The notes under the pieces are model-generated. The model was not told the DNA's origin. It searched no databases and saw only the letters and a list, made by a program, of their open reading frames with translations. Shown piece by piece: positions 33,601 to 45,459 of a stretch of DNA of 64,000 nt. This stretch comes from Schizochytrium sp. TIO01. Taxonomy: Eukaryota > Protista > Bigyra: Labyrinthulomycetes. The stretch's first letter is position 1, and each line of letters begins with the position of its first letter. Where the stretch lies: positions 1,178,001 through 1,242,000 of the forward strand of contig SMSO01000004.1 of the NCBI GenBank assembly GCA_004764695.1, written 5' to 3'. Made by a program: the position numbers and the translations under genes.

Positions 33601-36600
33601 CTGCCGGCGCTATCCAGGCTGGCTTGAACCATGGCATCGGCGCTACAGCCACAACCCCAGCTGGCGAGGCATCAGAAGCTGCCAGCGAGACTAGCAGCCT
33701 TCATGCGGCCCAGGCCAATGGCCACAGCATGTCCGCGAAGGGTGACCCCGAGCATGACTCAGAAGACGGTAATGAAGCCTACTTCTATGACTCTAATGAT
33801 CATGTTCGCCCTATGTTTGCTGTAACGTGGGCCCCTTTCTGTGCGGTATTTTCTGTGAACATGCAAAACACATCTGAGTTCGTTATTGTGTATGCTTTGA
33901 TCAATGGTATGAAGGCTGCGCTACGCATTGCATGCCGCTTCAATATGGCTGATGAACGTCGCACTCTGTTTGATGCTTTAACAAAATTTACTCTTCTTAA
34001 CTCAACGCAAGAGATGAAGGCCAAACATATTGAATGTGTGCGCGCTTTGGTCGAAGTTGTACAGCTTGAAGGAAATTACCTGAGTTCTTCTTGGGAACCT
34101 GCACTTACGTGTTTTTCGCAGCTGTCTCGTCTCCAGCTTATTTATGCTGGTGCCACAGATGATCTCATATCTGATAATAAGACTAATACTACTAGTCCAG
34201 GCAATCGTCGCCGACTTTCTCTACGACGATCACAAACTCCAGGTCCTTCAGGAAACCATTCTGCACACAACACCCACTACCCGAGCAATTCAGGTGGAGC
34301 TGGAAGCGGCGAAGGTGGAATTTTTTCTTACTTCCAATCTGCTCCGTCGCCCGAGGAGCAAGCAAGAATGACTGACGAAGATAATGCGATGCGCGTCATC
34401 AAGGCGCTTGATATGATTCAAATTGACCGCATCTTTTTAGATTCAGTTAATTTGGGATCGAACGCTATCATTGATATGGTTGATGCGTTGTGCACAGTAT
34501 CTCGTATGGAATTGCAAATCAGCGAAGGAACTACTCTAGGCAAGTCTGCTTTAGATAACAAACCGCGCACCTTCTCTTTGCAGAAGATTGTTGAAGTGGC
34601 AGACTCCAACATGGATACCCGTCCGCGTTTTGTTTGGAGCAGAGTGTGGTCGATCCTTTCTGAGCACTTTACTTTCGCAGGTTGTCATAATGACGTACGC
34701 ATTTCTATGTATGCAATTGACTCCTTACGGCAGTTGACCGTGAAATTCCTCGAGAAAGATGAGTTGACTGGCTTCAGCTTCCAATTGCAATTCATGGCAC
34801 CTTTCGAGCAAATGATTGCACGGTCTAGCAGTGTTGAGTTACGTGATCTGGTTCTGCGTTGCTCCGAAAACATCATTCTCTCACGCAGCAAGCACATTAA
34901 ATCTGGTTGGCGGGTCCTTCTAAATGTTCTCACTGTAGGAGGTCATGATCCTACAAGTGAGGTGCATTCTCTTGCCTTCTCTATTCTTAACCGTCTTGTA
35001 AAGGAGCATGTAGATGCTCTTGATGCTCATTTCCCAGAGCTTGTCAAGTGCCTCCATTCATTTGCATCTAACCTATCCAACAACGACGGTGGTCTGGCTA
35101 GTAAAGCAATCGACTTGTTGGAGCAAGCCTTTCATAAGGTTCTTTCTGCGCCCAAAGCAACATTTTCGGATGAACGCCAGGGTGATCGCGAGCGCGTAGG
35201 TCGCCTATGGTCTCTTGTTCGAAGTTTTTCAATGCTTATGGGCGATGCCCGACTTCCTGTACGTCACCGTGCGATGGATATTTTGTTTAAAGAACTTAGC
35301 GACCACGCAACGCGAATTTCCCCTGCAGTATGGAGTATCCTATTGCGACATGTTGTGCTTGAATTATTTGGTGACCTGCGAGATAGTCTGCAACCGTTTT
35401 CAGCTCGGTCTGTGGAACGTATTCAGAAAGCACGTCTTGCTTTTCTCCACAAAGCCAAAGACGCAGACGCTGACCTCTTAAAAATCTTGCAGTCACTTCT
35501 AAAACCAGAAGTTCGCCCTATCTATCCGAAGGTTCTCCTTGAGCAAGGGAGCCAGCCTTTGGAAACCACATTGGGTAAGATTCTCTCGCAATTTACAAGC
35601 CTCCTTTCCAAGTTCCTCGATGGATCTATTATAGATGACCGAAATGAAAAAGAAGAACTCGAGAGTCCCGAGTGGACTGAAAGCTCCAAGGCGATGGTTC
35701 AAGGCCTTGTCCTGGAAGATTTGCTTACATTGTGTGAACGGCTAGCGCTGACAGATTCAAAGCAGGTTGCTCAAGTTGGTATCTCTATTCTCGCCAAGTT
35801 CCTTTCTCAATCTGGTAGGTACTTGGGAGCCACACAGTGGGATCTAATCACTGAATGTATTCATAACATCATGCTCGAGTCAACGCCCTTTTATTTGATT
35901 GAATCTAAAACACGACGCTGGCTAAAGCTAGATGATGAGGCGAATAACTCAAGCCCCAAGTCGAACGGCGAGGCAAAATCTCCCGGTTCATTTTCTAGGA
36001 AGTCAGTTCGTTCTGAGGATGAGATCGAGTCTCGCAGCGGTGAGCCTAATACTGCTGAGTCTGATGTTGTGGATAAGAGGGGGGTGCACTTTAAGTTCCA
36101 CGAACCTCGCCCAGGTGATTTGCTACCCTTCAACATCGGCACGACATTTACAATGTGTGCTGTTCAGCTTTCTCTGCTTGAAGTTCTCGGTCGGATTCTT
36201 CCTAACAACATTGGCTCGATGAGTGAAGGCAACTTGCTTCAGATGCTTGACTCAATCGAAGAGTCTATTTCTTTTTCAAATGAATTCAATGATGACCTTC
36301 AACTCCGTCAAGAGTTGCAGAAACGTGGATTCATGGCAGATGATGCCTCTTCCAATGTCCCGCCTTCTTTGCTGCGCCAGGAAACTCTTGCTTTAGGTAG
36401 ATACATTACACTTTTGTTCCGTTCGGATGGTGATGCAGAGAAAATCTCATTAAGTGCTGATGCTGTTTCAAGTATCTCAATGCGTCTTGAGAAAACTCTG
36501 CACACTCTATTCATGCACTACCTCTTTCAAGACCGTATGCGCACCGCAGAGCTCGAGCAGATGGATAACTCACTTGCTTCCCGAGACATATCTGTTCGCC

Positions 36601-36854
36601 GCCAGGCTCGCGGGGACTCCCTGACAAATTCAGATGCTGAAGTTGATATGCGTTACTTTACCCCTGTAGTTGCACAAAGTTTGCACGAAGTATTGCACTG
36701 GGATATCTCAAAGATGAAGCGTCAGCTCCCATGGTTATACCCCTTGTTGACAGCGCTCTTAGACTGTGGAAATCGTGAAGTACATGCTGCACTCCGCCAG
36801 ATCTTTGACCAGCAAATCTCCAAATTGTTAGGCCTTGATGCAAAAGAATCATAA
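30684..36854 (+). CDS. SEC7: Large ARF guanine-nucleotide exchange factor, BIG1/BIG2/Sec7 family
   Basis: 2056-aa single exon. DCB (LQVIKALLTAV), HUS (FLNYDCD), catalytic Sec7 motifs FRLPGEAQKIDR and IIMLHTDLHNPN, and HDS motifs (FSLQKIVEVA..NM, YAIDSLRQL, IKSGW). Confidence 0.95.
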   Translation: MRDLLESTLKRLVKDAGRKQVELKDASTAALERLEAVSDDALEAEDSPADAYLKPLLMALSSPQPKTIVASLDCFQKLMSYGFLQGQTKASDAGLQFEDPEATVMDVVVRSICACEDTDGRGGVADDSVQLQVIKALLTAVTSAGCGVHETSLLNSVRACYHIHLYSRNPVNKTTAKATLTQMMSAIFQQMEVADAKISHKEETQQESTNADNEPNTSSTAEDEDEAADDQDDDDDQDDDQHDNLQKSTAASEETSAPGESEAAAAKEAEKKVAESLETKGAEEAVQECVHDFDECMYPGVSSQLGLEDMVVYTPRSPRDLMPTAAATTEDEGPVPVSVLEEAKEEQKKPKQKKKQATKSVTPFKSIQHKDAYLLFRALCKLSMKNQSLIDGSGEDYTPDPIALRSKILSLDLVLNILESSGPAFRNNKDFVYAIKTYLTSSLVKNSVSSNTQVVGLSLRIFVALQARFSEHLKEEIELVISKIFLPLLESSNSPHEHKVLVLEVFAQIAKDVETLVSIFLNYDCDWDSIDLYSRIVKVLSKLASGTRPSGATGTLSQEDQQKVALHEMSLVSIVSILESLAEFTHVQENLPGNRRMSVVENSHDENGDGPYTTDVEPVTPMSPPTVDLNNTGEYDDDTNTGNEMGLSAMSRQGSIGGPGRGSVGEDSAPLLSNLLGNQDMRRLKVDSFQQKQKYRRDIESAASKFLIKPKRGIEFLIKEGYIDRTPEDVATALLQFQDVFSKTKIGEYLGEDDDFNVQTLYCYVDELDFTDTVIDNALRSFLAGFRLPGEAQKIDRIIEKFAARYFETNPESFPSADTAYVLAFAIIMLHTDLHNPNIPVEKKMTGQGFIAMNGGIAGGRDLDPDFLLGIYERIKTQEISLKEDDGDRERERQRSKGGLAAAASMGFFGNSREAVSRRRRAAFSKERQEMLESATLLLPASRGQQNQQSQTTNAKPVQHTPTGRQPLMRVRSAGAIQAGLNHGIGATATTPAGEASEAASETSSLHAAQANGHSMSAKGDPEHDSEDGNEAYFYDSNDHVRPMFAVTWAPFCAVFSVNMQNTSEFVIVYALINGMKAALRIACRFNMADERRTLFDALTKFTLLNSTQEMKAKHIECVRALVEVVQLEGNYLSSSWEPALTCFSQLSRLQLIYAGATDDLISDNKTNTTSPGNRRRLSLRRSQTPGPSGNHSAHNTHYPSNSGGAGSGEGGIFSYFQSAPSPEEQARMTDEDNAMRVIKALDMIQIDRIFLDSVNLGSNAIIDMVDALCTVSRMELQISEGTTLGKSALDNKPRTFSLQKIVEVADSNMDTRPRFVWSRVWSILSEHFTFAGCHNDVRISMYAIDSLRQLTVKFLEKDELTGFSFQLQFMAPFEQMIARSSSVELRDLVLRCSENIILSRSKHIKSGWRVLLNVLTVGGHDPTSEVHSLAFSILNRLVKEHVDALDAHFPELVKCLHSFASNLSNNDGGLASKAIDLLEQAFHKVLSAPKATFSDERQGDRERVGRLWSLVRSFSMLMGDARLPVRHRAMDILFKELSDHATRISPAVWSILLRHVVLELFGDLRDSLQPFSARSVERIQKARLAFLHKAKDADADLLKILQSLLKPEVRPIYPKVLLEQGSQPLETTLGKILSQFTSLLSKFLDGSIIDDRNEKEELESPEWTESSKAMVQGLVLEDLLTLCERLALTDSKQVAQVGISILAKFLSQSGRYLGATQWDLITECIHNIMLESTPFYLIESKTRRWLKLDDEANNSSPKSNGEAKSPGSFSRKSVRSEDEIESRSGEPNTAESDVVDKRGVHFKFHEPRPGDLLPFNIGTTFTMCAVQLSLLEVLGRILPNNIGSMSEGNLLQMLDSIEESISFSNEFNDDLQLRQELQKRGFMADDASSNVPPSLLRQETLALGRYITLLFRSDGDAEKISLSADAVSSISMRLEKTLHTLFMHYLFQDRMRTAELEQMDNSLASRDISVRRQARGDSLTNSDAEVDMRYFTPVVAQSLHEVLHWDISKMKRQLPWLYPLLTALLDCGNREVHAALRQIFDQQISKLLGLDAKES

Positions 36855-37553
36855 ACTGTCAATAAATCCTTCACTTCTTTCGCAACGCATCGTTGCCTCT
36901 CGTTTTTAGACTTACCAGAGAAGAACAAAAAGCATGATGATTAACATTTATTTCGCATAGCCTTACTTATCTACACGTCAACAGCTAGCAAAAGTGTCTC
37001 AAAGTATTTAACCAATCGTAGCATTTATGAACGTCAAGAAGCAAACTTAGAAGTTAATCAACACCCAACTTTGATTAAGAGTTTGGACCTCAACAGTTAA
37101 TAATAAATAAGCAAATAAAAAGATATCAAATAATCATGTACGCGACTCCATCTGGGTCAAATTTCTAATTAAAAATACAAGTTGGAATTTGAGACTGCCA
37201 TGATACTCATAGGCGGGGGAAATACTTTGGGGATGACAGAGAGCCGTATAAACATAAAACATAAAACATAAAATTCGCTACTGAATAAGCAAAGATTCCT
37301 AAATTGCGGTTCATCTTCCATTCTAGCTTTATAAAGGAATTCCCCATCTAGAGATAAGAGAAGCAGCCAAAATTTTGATAAGAAGGAGGAAGTATAGAGA
37401 TGAAATCAAACAATTTGAAATCACTAAGGTTACCCTTTGCTGGTCTTTTTCATTCTTCTGATCCCGAAAATTGAAAGACAACGGCGAGGGCTAGATGGTG
37501 CGAGAGTAAGCGCCGATGGAAATGGGCTTAAGATTTCGAAGATGCCCAATGGC

Positions 37554-39074
37554 TTAGCCAAGCTCTGCCTCAAACTTCTTCGTTTTCGCGATAATTTCGT
37601 CGTACTCTGGGTTTGACTCTTCGCGCGGATATGAATACAGCTCCTGGATAGCGGCACGAGCTGCATCCTTATTTTTCAGCTTGTCTTGGCAGCGGGCAAT
37701 TTCAAAAAGTGACAATAAATCAGGATTCCGAAGCTTATGTGCACGTTGGAAGTAACTCAAGGCTTGCTCGAAAGTGGTTTTAGGAGGCTCTCGGCCAAAG
37801 ACAGCCTTAGCACCCATACGCTCAGCCCATGACAGCTTAGCAACTTCGAAACAGAACATACCGTACATAAAGTGAAGTGTAGGGTCATTGTCATTAAGTT
37901 CAATGGCGCGGAGCGTGTGTTTTTCAAAAGTAAATCCACCAATAATTTTCTCTTTGTTGCCTTGGTGGTTTGTCCATTCCTGGGCAATAAGTGCATAGTA
38001 TTTGTGAGTCTCAGAGCGATCCTCGAAGCGCTCAAGAAGGTCCTCGATGATGTCGAGCGCTCGCTTCAGTGTTGCAAGGCGTGTTGGGTCCGTGAGTCCA
38101 ATCTCAACCTTCATAATGTTCGCAACATAGTAGCCAGAGCGTGCCGCCCTCCATAGGACGTCATAACTCTGGAGCTGCACAGGCTTTTCCAGATAGTCCT
38201 GAACCCTAGACCATGCCTGGTTGTGTTGGTGCTCTGCGTCAAAATTATCAAGCTCTTCAACCAAAGCCTTATCGGCAGCAGCGGCAGCAGCAACCTCCTC
38301 TTCGGACAGACCTCCATCCTCACCTTCAGGGGCATACTTAGCCTCTACTTCGGCTTCAATAGCCTTAGTCATGAGTTTAAAATCAGTGTTATCGTCATTT
38401 GCATTAACAGCCTTACCCAAATGTTTGCACGCATCCTGGGCTGCTGTCTGAGCACTCTTGTATTCTTCTTGCAAGGTCACTTCATACGAAGCTGCCGTAG
38501 CGGCCATACCCAGCAGAGCTCCAAATAAAAGATTGCGAATTTGCATTCGTCGCATCCACGCAGCCAAAAGGCTGGCTACAAGAAGGGATCCGGCGGAGAT
38601 ACCAAGGGCCTGTCGAACTTTTTGCAGGACCGTATAGAGCTGCAAGAGCACCCTGGCTTTGAGGCGCTTCAGTAAGAACACGCGAGTTTTAGGCACAGAA
38701 AGTTTATTGGTTTTCTTTGCTGCAGGTCCTGGAATTCCGGGTAGATCCTGGACATCAAAGAAGTTACAGAGAAGATTACGGAGCTTCTCGTCGCCTCGAG
38801 CAACTTGAAGGGCCCGCATAAGTTCATTTGCAACTGCAGACCTCGCTTCGGTGTCAACAAGCATTCTTTTCAGTGCCGGGATTTGCATGGGTGCTTCTCC
38901 AGCAGCTAAAAGTTTGGCATTGAGCGCTGCAAGTTCATCTTGGCCCCTCCAAACTCCAAGCGTCGCAACTTCGTCCCCATCCTCGTGGACTTGCACAAAG
39001 AAGCTGATATACTCCGCAGCGCCTCGAGGCCTTACACGCTGCACCGACGGGATCTTGATCACCGTGGTAGACAT
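37554..39074 (-). CDS. RMDN/RMD-1-family TPR protein with an N-terminal PX-like domain and a hydrophobic membrane segment
   Basis: VLWRAAR, THKYYA, KEKIIGGFTFEKH..RAIELNDNDPT, EVAKLSWAERMGAKAVFG..PPKTTFEQAL match the RMDN TPR region. Confidence 0.8.
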   Translation of the reverse strand: MSTTVIKIPSVQRVRPRGAAEYISFFVQVHEDGDEVATLGVWRGQDELAALNAKLLAAGEAPMQIPALKRMLVDTEARSAVANELMRALQVARGDEKLRNLLCNFFDVQDLPGIPGPAAKKTNKLSVPKTRVFLLKRLKARVLLQLYTVLQKVRQALGISAGSLLVASLLAAWMRRMQIRNLLFGALLGMAATAASYEVTLQEEYKSAQTAAQDACKHLGKAVNANDDNTDFKLMTKAIEAEVEAKYAPEGEDGGLSEEEVAAAAAADKALVEELDNFDAEHQHNQAWSRVQDYLEKPVQLQSYDVLWRAARSGYYVANIMKVEIGLTDPTRLATLKRALDIIEDLLERFEDRSETHKYYALIAQEWTNHQGNKEKIIGGFTFEKHTLRAIELNDNDPTLHFMYGMFCFEVAKLSWAERMGAKAVFGREPPKTTFEQALSYFQRAHKLRNPDLLSLFEIARCQDKLKNKDAARAAIQELYSYPREESNPEYDEIIAKTKKFEAELG

Positions 39075-40872
39075 CGTTTACCCAAACCTGCTCCAGACAC
39101 ACGGCTTCTTTGCCGTCCAAATCGCAGAAGTAGTTGAAGATTTGTTCTGCTTCGTTGAGCATTAGTGCTTTGGTGCTTTTGCTTTATTTCATTGTGCCTT
39201 TAGAACTCTTAAGCTATGATATATGTAGATACGCAGTGAGTTGCAAACACACCAAAGAGTTCATCGCAAGGTTTCAGAAGCAAAGCCATCATTCTTCATT
39301 CTTCGTTCGTCACACAATTTGTCCTGTACCCATGCCAAGGTTAAGTAGCAGAAGCAGTAGCAGCGGCAGATCTTTCGCAGACCTTCGCAATTCCACCGTC
39401 TTGTCATACTCTCGCAGTGGAGCGGAGAATCCATTTCTTCTTTCTCGGCAGCGCTGAGTCTGCTAAGGGCTCATATACCATTTACTATAGACCTTTGGCT
39501 CGGCCAAGGTTTGCCAAACGTCAAGTGATTGAGCCTTCAAGTTCTTCCTGTCTCATTGAGCCTTCTAGACTTGATAAATGAAGCACGCTGCTCCATGACT
39601 TGTTGGAGTTTCCAGGCGTATTTATTCGCTATCTAGCCGAGGCATCTGCATATGGAGAGAGAGGCGGAAGAGCAAACTGACGAGGGTAGGTCGGCTTATT
39701 ATTTTTCGAAGTTCCTGCGAGGATGATGACCTCATCATCCGTCGATGCGCAAGCATGTGGAGCCTTAAGGTTTACAATAAGTGAGTCAATAAAGCGCTGA
39801 ATGCTACGAGGGACTCTGTTCCTCTCTTTATGATGGTTATTAAATGCTGTATCTAATATGTAGTACCTACCTATCTAGGAAGGCATCCTTTCCATAGCTG
39901 GAGGCAACACAACAACGCCAGCATTGTGTTCACTGCCACGGTGCGAGACATTTCGAGAGAAGAGATATCACAGGGCAGGAATTGAGACCCCCACTGAGCG
40001 TGGGTGGAACCAACTACTTGCACAAAAACAAAATCTGAAGCTGGCATACGGAAGCGGGCGACACAAGTTGAAGTACTTCGTAAAGTCTTGAGGACTTAGA
40101 TTGGAAGGTACACACAATCGCTGGTACACACTACCGAAGTAGAAAGGTAAAGCTATAAACTAGGTTTTCAGTTTGAGCGAGATCGCATGGTATGTAGACT
40201 TAAAGGAACTCAGCCAAACTAGATTATACAATTTCTCATATAACGTAACATGAGTACTTGACAGTTTAGTTAGGGGACACCTTCACCGAGCAAGCCTAAA
40301 GATTATATTGATGGGCATTGGGTTGTCTGAGTTGTGGAGCACTTCAGTATTCCATTAGAAGCCAACGAATCACAATGTTAAAATAGCATACGAAAAATTG
40401 GGAGGTAAAGAAAGTGATCTGTAATATGTCGTTCAAAGGTAAACACAAAGAACGATGGAAGTTTTGCGTGGAAAGTTACCTTGAATATTAAGATACGAGC
40501 AAACTCGAACAAGTCTTTCTCTGGCTGCGTCTATGCTCTTCTAACCTGCCCTGGATCGTTTAGTACAAAACCATATGTACATAGCTGGATTTCGTGTTAG
40601 GGCATTGCTTTGCTTATCTCAAACCATCATTATCTAAATTACGGAGTCTATTCTAGTGACACTATAAATTGAACATTAATTAATACTTCCACAAAGTGAA
40701 AAGGATAACATGCAAACGTATGCCGATCTTCAGACTAATCAAATGGAGCTCTTTATTAAGGTTGGTTTCGAGGGTCAGGGCATTTCAAGGTATTTTTGCT
40801 GTATGCAATAGAATCTTGCATATAAAAACTAACGTAGCACTAAAGTGTAAGCTAAAGATCTCATTGTTTGCT

Positions 40873-41682
40873 CTAGAAAGATAATTTTAGACTCATTCCC
40901 AAGACAAAAAGTAGACTGCACACTCCAAGTTGTGTAATCTCCTTCTTTTTAGGACCTGGTGAATCTGGCAATTTCGTCAGAGCGCTTTCACCAGGAGTAT
41001 AAATCCTCAGTAGCTGACTTGCACGTAGGCCCATGTTGGTGAGGAGAGACCAAGCACGCGGAACAATCCAAATGGTGCTATCGAATCCAAGCAACGCGCA
41101 AATGACAATGGGTGGGATAAGCACAAGCTGCGTAGTGGGGCTGTAGCCAAAGCCTCTTGCGAAAGTTGCATTCCAAATCGAGTACATCACGACCCAGGCC
41201 CAAGGTGTATTGAAATGAAGAATACCAGACGTTGCATCAACATACTCAATTGGACTCGCAACTCGAGGCATTTTGCTCATCACAATGATACCAGCGAGGG
41301 CATTTGGGATGCCGTACCAGCCATGCTTCCCAACGTCTGTAACCACAGCTTCGGCCATATTAAACATTAGAACATAGTACAGGATGCGGTGATCAAAAGA
41401 TATAACGCCTAATTGCATGATACCTAAAGAAATTATCGCCATTAAGCCACCAATAAGTTTCCCAATTTCAAAAGGATTGATCCAAGACGCCTCAACTTTC
41501 TTAGTTCTAAACAGTACGATTGCCAATGCAGGAAAGAACAAACCAGCCGCAACGCGAGGTAGTAAAGTTGGGAAAAGTAAAACACCTGTAACAACAACGA
41601 TATAAATCGCAACATCTTGTAAAACTTCCTCGGGTGTAAAGTAAAGGGCCTTGCGCCTTTCCTTCGAATTGCGAATGGTCAT
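40873..41682 (-). CDS. Multi-pass membrane protein, DUF5692-like
   Basis: ATG at 41682 (MTIRN); several TM segments. NMAEAVVTD, NALAG, WAWVVMYSIWN and WIVPRAWSL match the recalled DUF5692 order (NILEAVIRD, NGIAG, WFWIIAYDLWN, WLQHRAQTL). Confidence 0.65.
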   Translation of the reverse strand: MTIRNSKERRKALYFTPEEVLQDVAIYIVVVTGVLLFPTLLPRVAAGLFFPALAIVLFRTKKVEASWINPFEIGKLIGGLMAIISLGIMQLGVISFDHRILYYVLMFNMAEAVVTDVGKHGWYGIPNALAGIIVMSKMPRVASPIEYVDATSGILHFNTPWAWVVMYSIWNATFARGFGYSPTTQLVLIPPIVICALLGFDSTIWIVPRAWSLLTNMGLRASQLLRIYTPGESALTKLPDSPGPKKKEITQLGVCSLLFVLGMSLKLSF

Positions 41683-44600
41683 CTCGAATATGAGATAAGA
41701 CTTAGCTTTTAGAAGATATACACACAGCACCCAGCTTCGAGCTAGCTTTGGATAATACAAGGTTCTCTTTGGTATATTTGCCCAGGCTCTGGACCCTCGG
41801 CATTAAACTGCTTCACGCTTCTTATCTGATAGATTTCGCGAGCGACAAGAAAACTCCGCTCCGGTTACAAATAAAAGTTTCCAGCAGATCTCGCAAACTA
41901 TAGCCCACAAGATCCTTAGCTTAGTCGGGACCTTTGGGTGAAGGTTGCTTGGAAAGTCGCGTAGGGATGCCACTTGGTCGAAGCGGTCGAAGCGATTGAA
42001 GCTCCAGCTATGTCGAGGACCTCGGGAGCTGCGCTATGTTTGGTTTCTGTGAAATGCTTCTGATCTTGTCCAGCATGCACACAAAAGGTCATTCCTCATT
42101 TATAGTATAACCTAACCTTACTACTGTTCCCCTTACTACTGTTCCACTGTAAGTCACCTTTAGCACGAACACGAGTCTATCTAAATAAGCCACCTGCTAA
42201 CAATATTTGCAAGTAGTTAGTACGTAGGAGCTAATCTATTAGTAGCACATGTTTCTAATTAGTGAGTAAGTTATTTGGGTTTTTCATCTACGGAGTATGG
42301 AAATACCTGAATGAGGGTGTGACTCTGACAACACTGAGAATGCAAGCTTATAGCAGTAGCTTGTAGGTGCGTACAAATAGTGGTACGTACTTACTCGGAG
42401 GGGCTCGTAATAGAAGAGTAAGTAGGGGTAGAATAACTACCACCTACTATCCTACATAGTAGGTGCCTATCTGCTGATTTGGCTAACACTTTTACCTTAG
42501 AACCATAGATAAGTACTAGGTCGGTACTATTCTTGTGGAACTGGAATACCAACAGGTCCCAATGGCGCATGGTTATCCCGAAACGGGTACTACGCTAGGC
42601 CTATCTGCATTAAGAAACAGCAACAACGCTCGCTTTGACTTGAGCTCATAACCTAAAATACTGATTGTCTATATACGAAGCCTTGGACAATGAAAAGTTA
42701 GGGGTGTAATTGAGGCTGCTAAGTCTATCAGCACCATGAGATCCAAGCAAACGGGGCTTTTTGATCTATAAGACGATTACCTGGATGTTTTGAGTGGTGC
42801 TGGAAATATACAACTACTGCATTCCTAGTGCCATGGGGGTGTGCACGATGTCAGGAAAGCTATATGGTTGATCTGCTCTTTCATGTCGTAGAGTTATAGG
42901 CTTTTTCCAGTAATCAGAGGTCTAGAAGTTCCACTATTTGAGTAAATTCATATTGAGTGATTATTTTGTTTGGCTTGGGTTTCCCAAGTTTAAAAAACTT
43001 ATGTCATTTGTAATAATTGTAAAACTCAGTTTTTGCAAATCAGGAATACTACGACCTATACATTTTTGTCCAGCTTTTTGAGTAGGTGACTAGTCAGAGG
43101 TGATCAGTTTAAATCTCTTAGCTCCAAGTTAATTAAAAACCCGAGCCGAAACTCCATTACTGTTTGAAATTCTTTACCACTGGCATTTCTGACCCGAGGT
43201 TTTACCTAAGGAGAGGAATGAACTCAAAGGCATCTCCACTCTTTCTTGGCCTAATAATAGAAGCTTCCAGGGACTTACATTAAGATGCAAAAGCGTACCG
43301 CTACGCTTTTAAAGCTAGGAAATTATGTTCTAACTCCTGTAAGAACGCGGCTATAACTTCAATCACTAGCCTTTTAAAATGTGGAGTACAGTTTCGGTTT
43401 GTGCTGGACTTTTTCTTTTTTAATGAAATGCTTTTTAGAATTTTATTTTTTATTAAGAAAAGAAAAGAAAAGTATATATATATATTAGTTGTGCTCGCTC
43501 GCTCGTGACAAGTAATATATGGATATCGAATAACAGATGCTTACCATCAGAAGGGCCGCTGGGCACTCTCACTAGCCCAATCAATCCTTTGATTTGGTTC
43601 ATAAGTTAGACAATTACACATTGCTCAAGGATGAAATAACATCTATCCCAGATAGTACCAAGGTACCAGCCTAGCTGATACATACAACATAGGGTTTTTG
43701 AATATTGAAAAAGAAAAAAAATAGTAGTAGTGAGCTAAAGCTTATTACAATGCTGGTTTCTTTTAATTAAAGGCGAGCATATTCCTCTCTTTATTCAAAC
43801 TGTTTGAACCTGAAGGGAATGAGTTGTTGAGTGAGTTTTTACCCTGGTAGCTTAAAGGTTTTAAATTAATATTTCTAAGAGAGTGCCTCAAGGAAATGCA
43901 GATTAGAATTAGGAGCCAACCTACCTATGTACACATCATGTGTAAATTTGGGGTAGGCCTAGATAATATAAGAAAGTAAACTTGGCAATTGATCAAATAA
44001 TTTTACCAGTTGGAAGTTTGAGATTTTGTTAATCATCTTTGATCATTTTAAGTGCTCCAAGTAGGACGCCTGCAACCCTGTTACTATTTTGGGTGTCTAA
44101 TCTCTATAATTGCAAAATTGATTTTAGGGAATTCAAGATCTGGACTTAGCAACAACTGGACTGAGCCGAGGACTTGACATTTTCACTTTGCTGTACACGG
44201 ATGTGTGTGATAAAATGAGAAAAGACTGCGGCCGCCGTGTGACTTTCATTATATAGCGTGTTGTTACTTGGGATGACATTAAAAAGTGCACTTTCAAAAT
44301 GAGCTTCACATTTTAAGATTGTCTTTTTCTATAGATGGGATGACCCATATGGTAGTCAAGGTAAAGCAATGTTCTTATTTTAGGATAACTTTGAGGGTTG
44401 TTTAGACTGAGAATTGTATTCTTTGAATGGGCAGAACTCACTTAATTTTACAAATAGAATAAACAATCTTTATTCAAGCTTTCAAACAATGATTTTTTTC
44501 TACAGTAGCCAACATGTTGCAGAAGTTGTTGGCATACCTTTGAACGAAAACTTACCAAGATAGTGAAAGCAGAAATATAGTCATACTAGGTTTTTTATCA

Positions 44601-45459
44601 CTCTGCTACCCTACCAGTAATAAGAAGTACATCGCTGCTTTTACATTGCTGCTTTACTCTACTTGGGGGGGCAGTAAAACTCAACTTCAAGTTATAGTAA
44701 ACCCTGTTTTCCAAATAATGTCTTTTTTTTAATTTGCTTGTTCTAAGTAATGTAGCTAGATTGCACCAACTCTGATTTTAGAAGAACTCTAGTTGAAGGA
44801 AGAAATACACAGGGCTCGTTTTCGTTCAAGTTTCAAACCATAGAAGGCGTGAAAATATTAGCAATCATATAAATCTACGGTTGCACCGGCGTTTTTGTTC
44901 TTCACTTTTAAGCTCAATTGCTTTCATCATCATCCAGCTAGAAAAGAAGAAGCAGTTTGAGTTGCTTGTGCTACAAAATGTTTTCTTTGATGTTCAAATT
45001 TGAAGTTGTGCAGACTGGATGGTAGATTGGACTTAAAATGTCTGCGCACGCGCTTCTTTATTTCTTCCAATAACATAGAAAGATGCAGGGTGTGCGCGTA
45101 GCTATTAGTGGTATCTTAATCAGTGCACTAGTAGGTAGCTAGCTGCTGCACTTAAATAATAAAATAATTAAAAATAAAACTTGGGTGTGTCCTTATCCTA
45201 TTATTCAAACATAGGGATAACATGTAGTGTCTGCACCAAAAGGTCAACACAATGAGATCCCACGCCCAAGATGAAGAACGAACTAGGTAGTAGGTAACTA
45301 ATATTCTCGGATAACATTTACTTATGTTGTAATCGAAAGGATAGTTATGTTTTATGAAGGAAGAACTTCAACATTCGAAACTAGCAACACCAAAACCAGC
45401 AAGCAAATACCAATTGCAACACAGAAGATTTATGCGTGGGTGTAATTGCAGTGGCTCCC

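Noticed and set aside
42388-42410. tacttactcggagggg resembling the U1 snRNA 5' end
   Set aside because: Mismatches in the conserved ACTTACCTG and no downstream U1 stems or Sm site recognised.
41800-45400. Long ORF-free AT-rich region, a possible transposon relic (likewise 16200-18500 and 55400-56950)
   Set aside because: No terminal repeats, target-site duplications, or transposase/RT motifs recognisable by eye.
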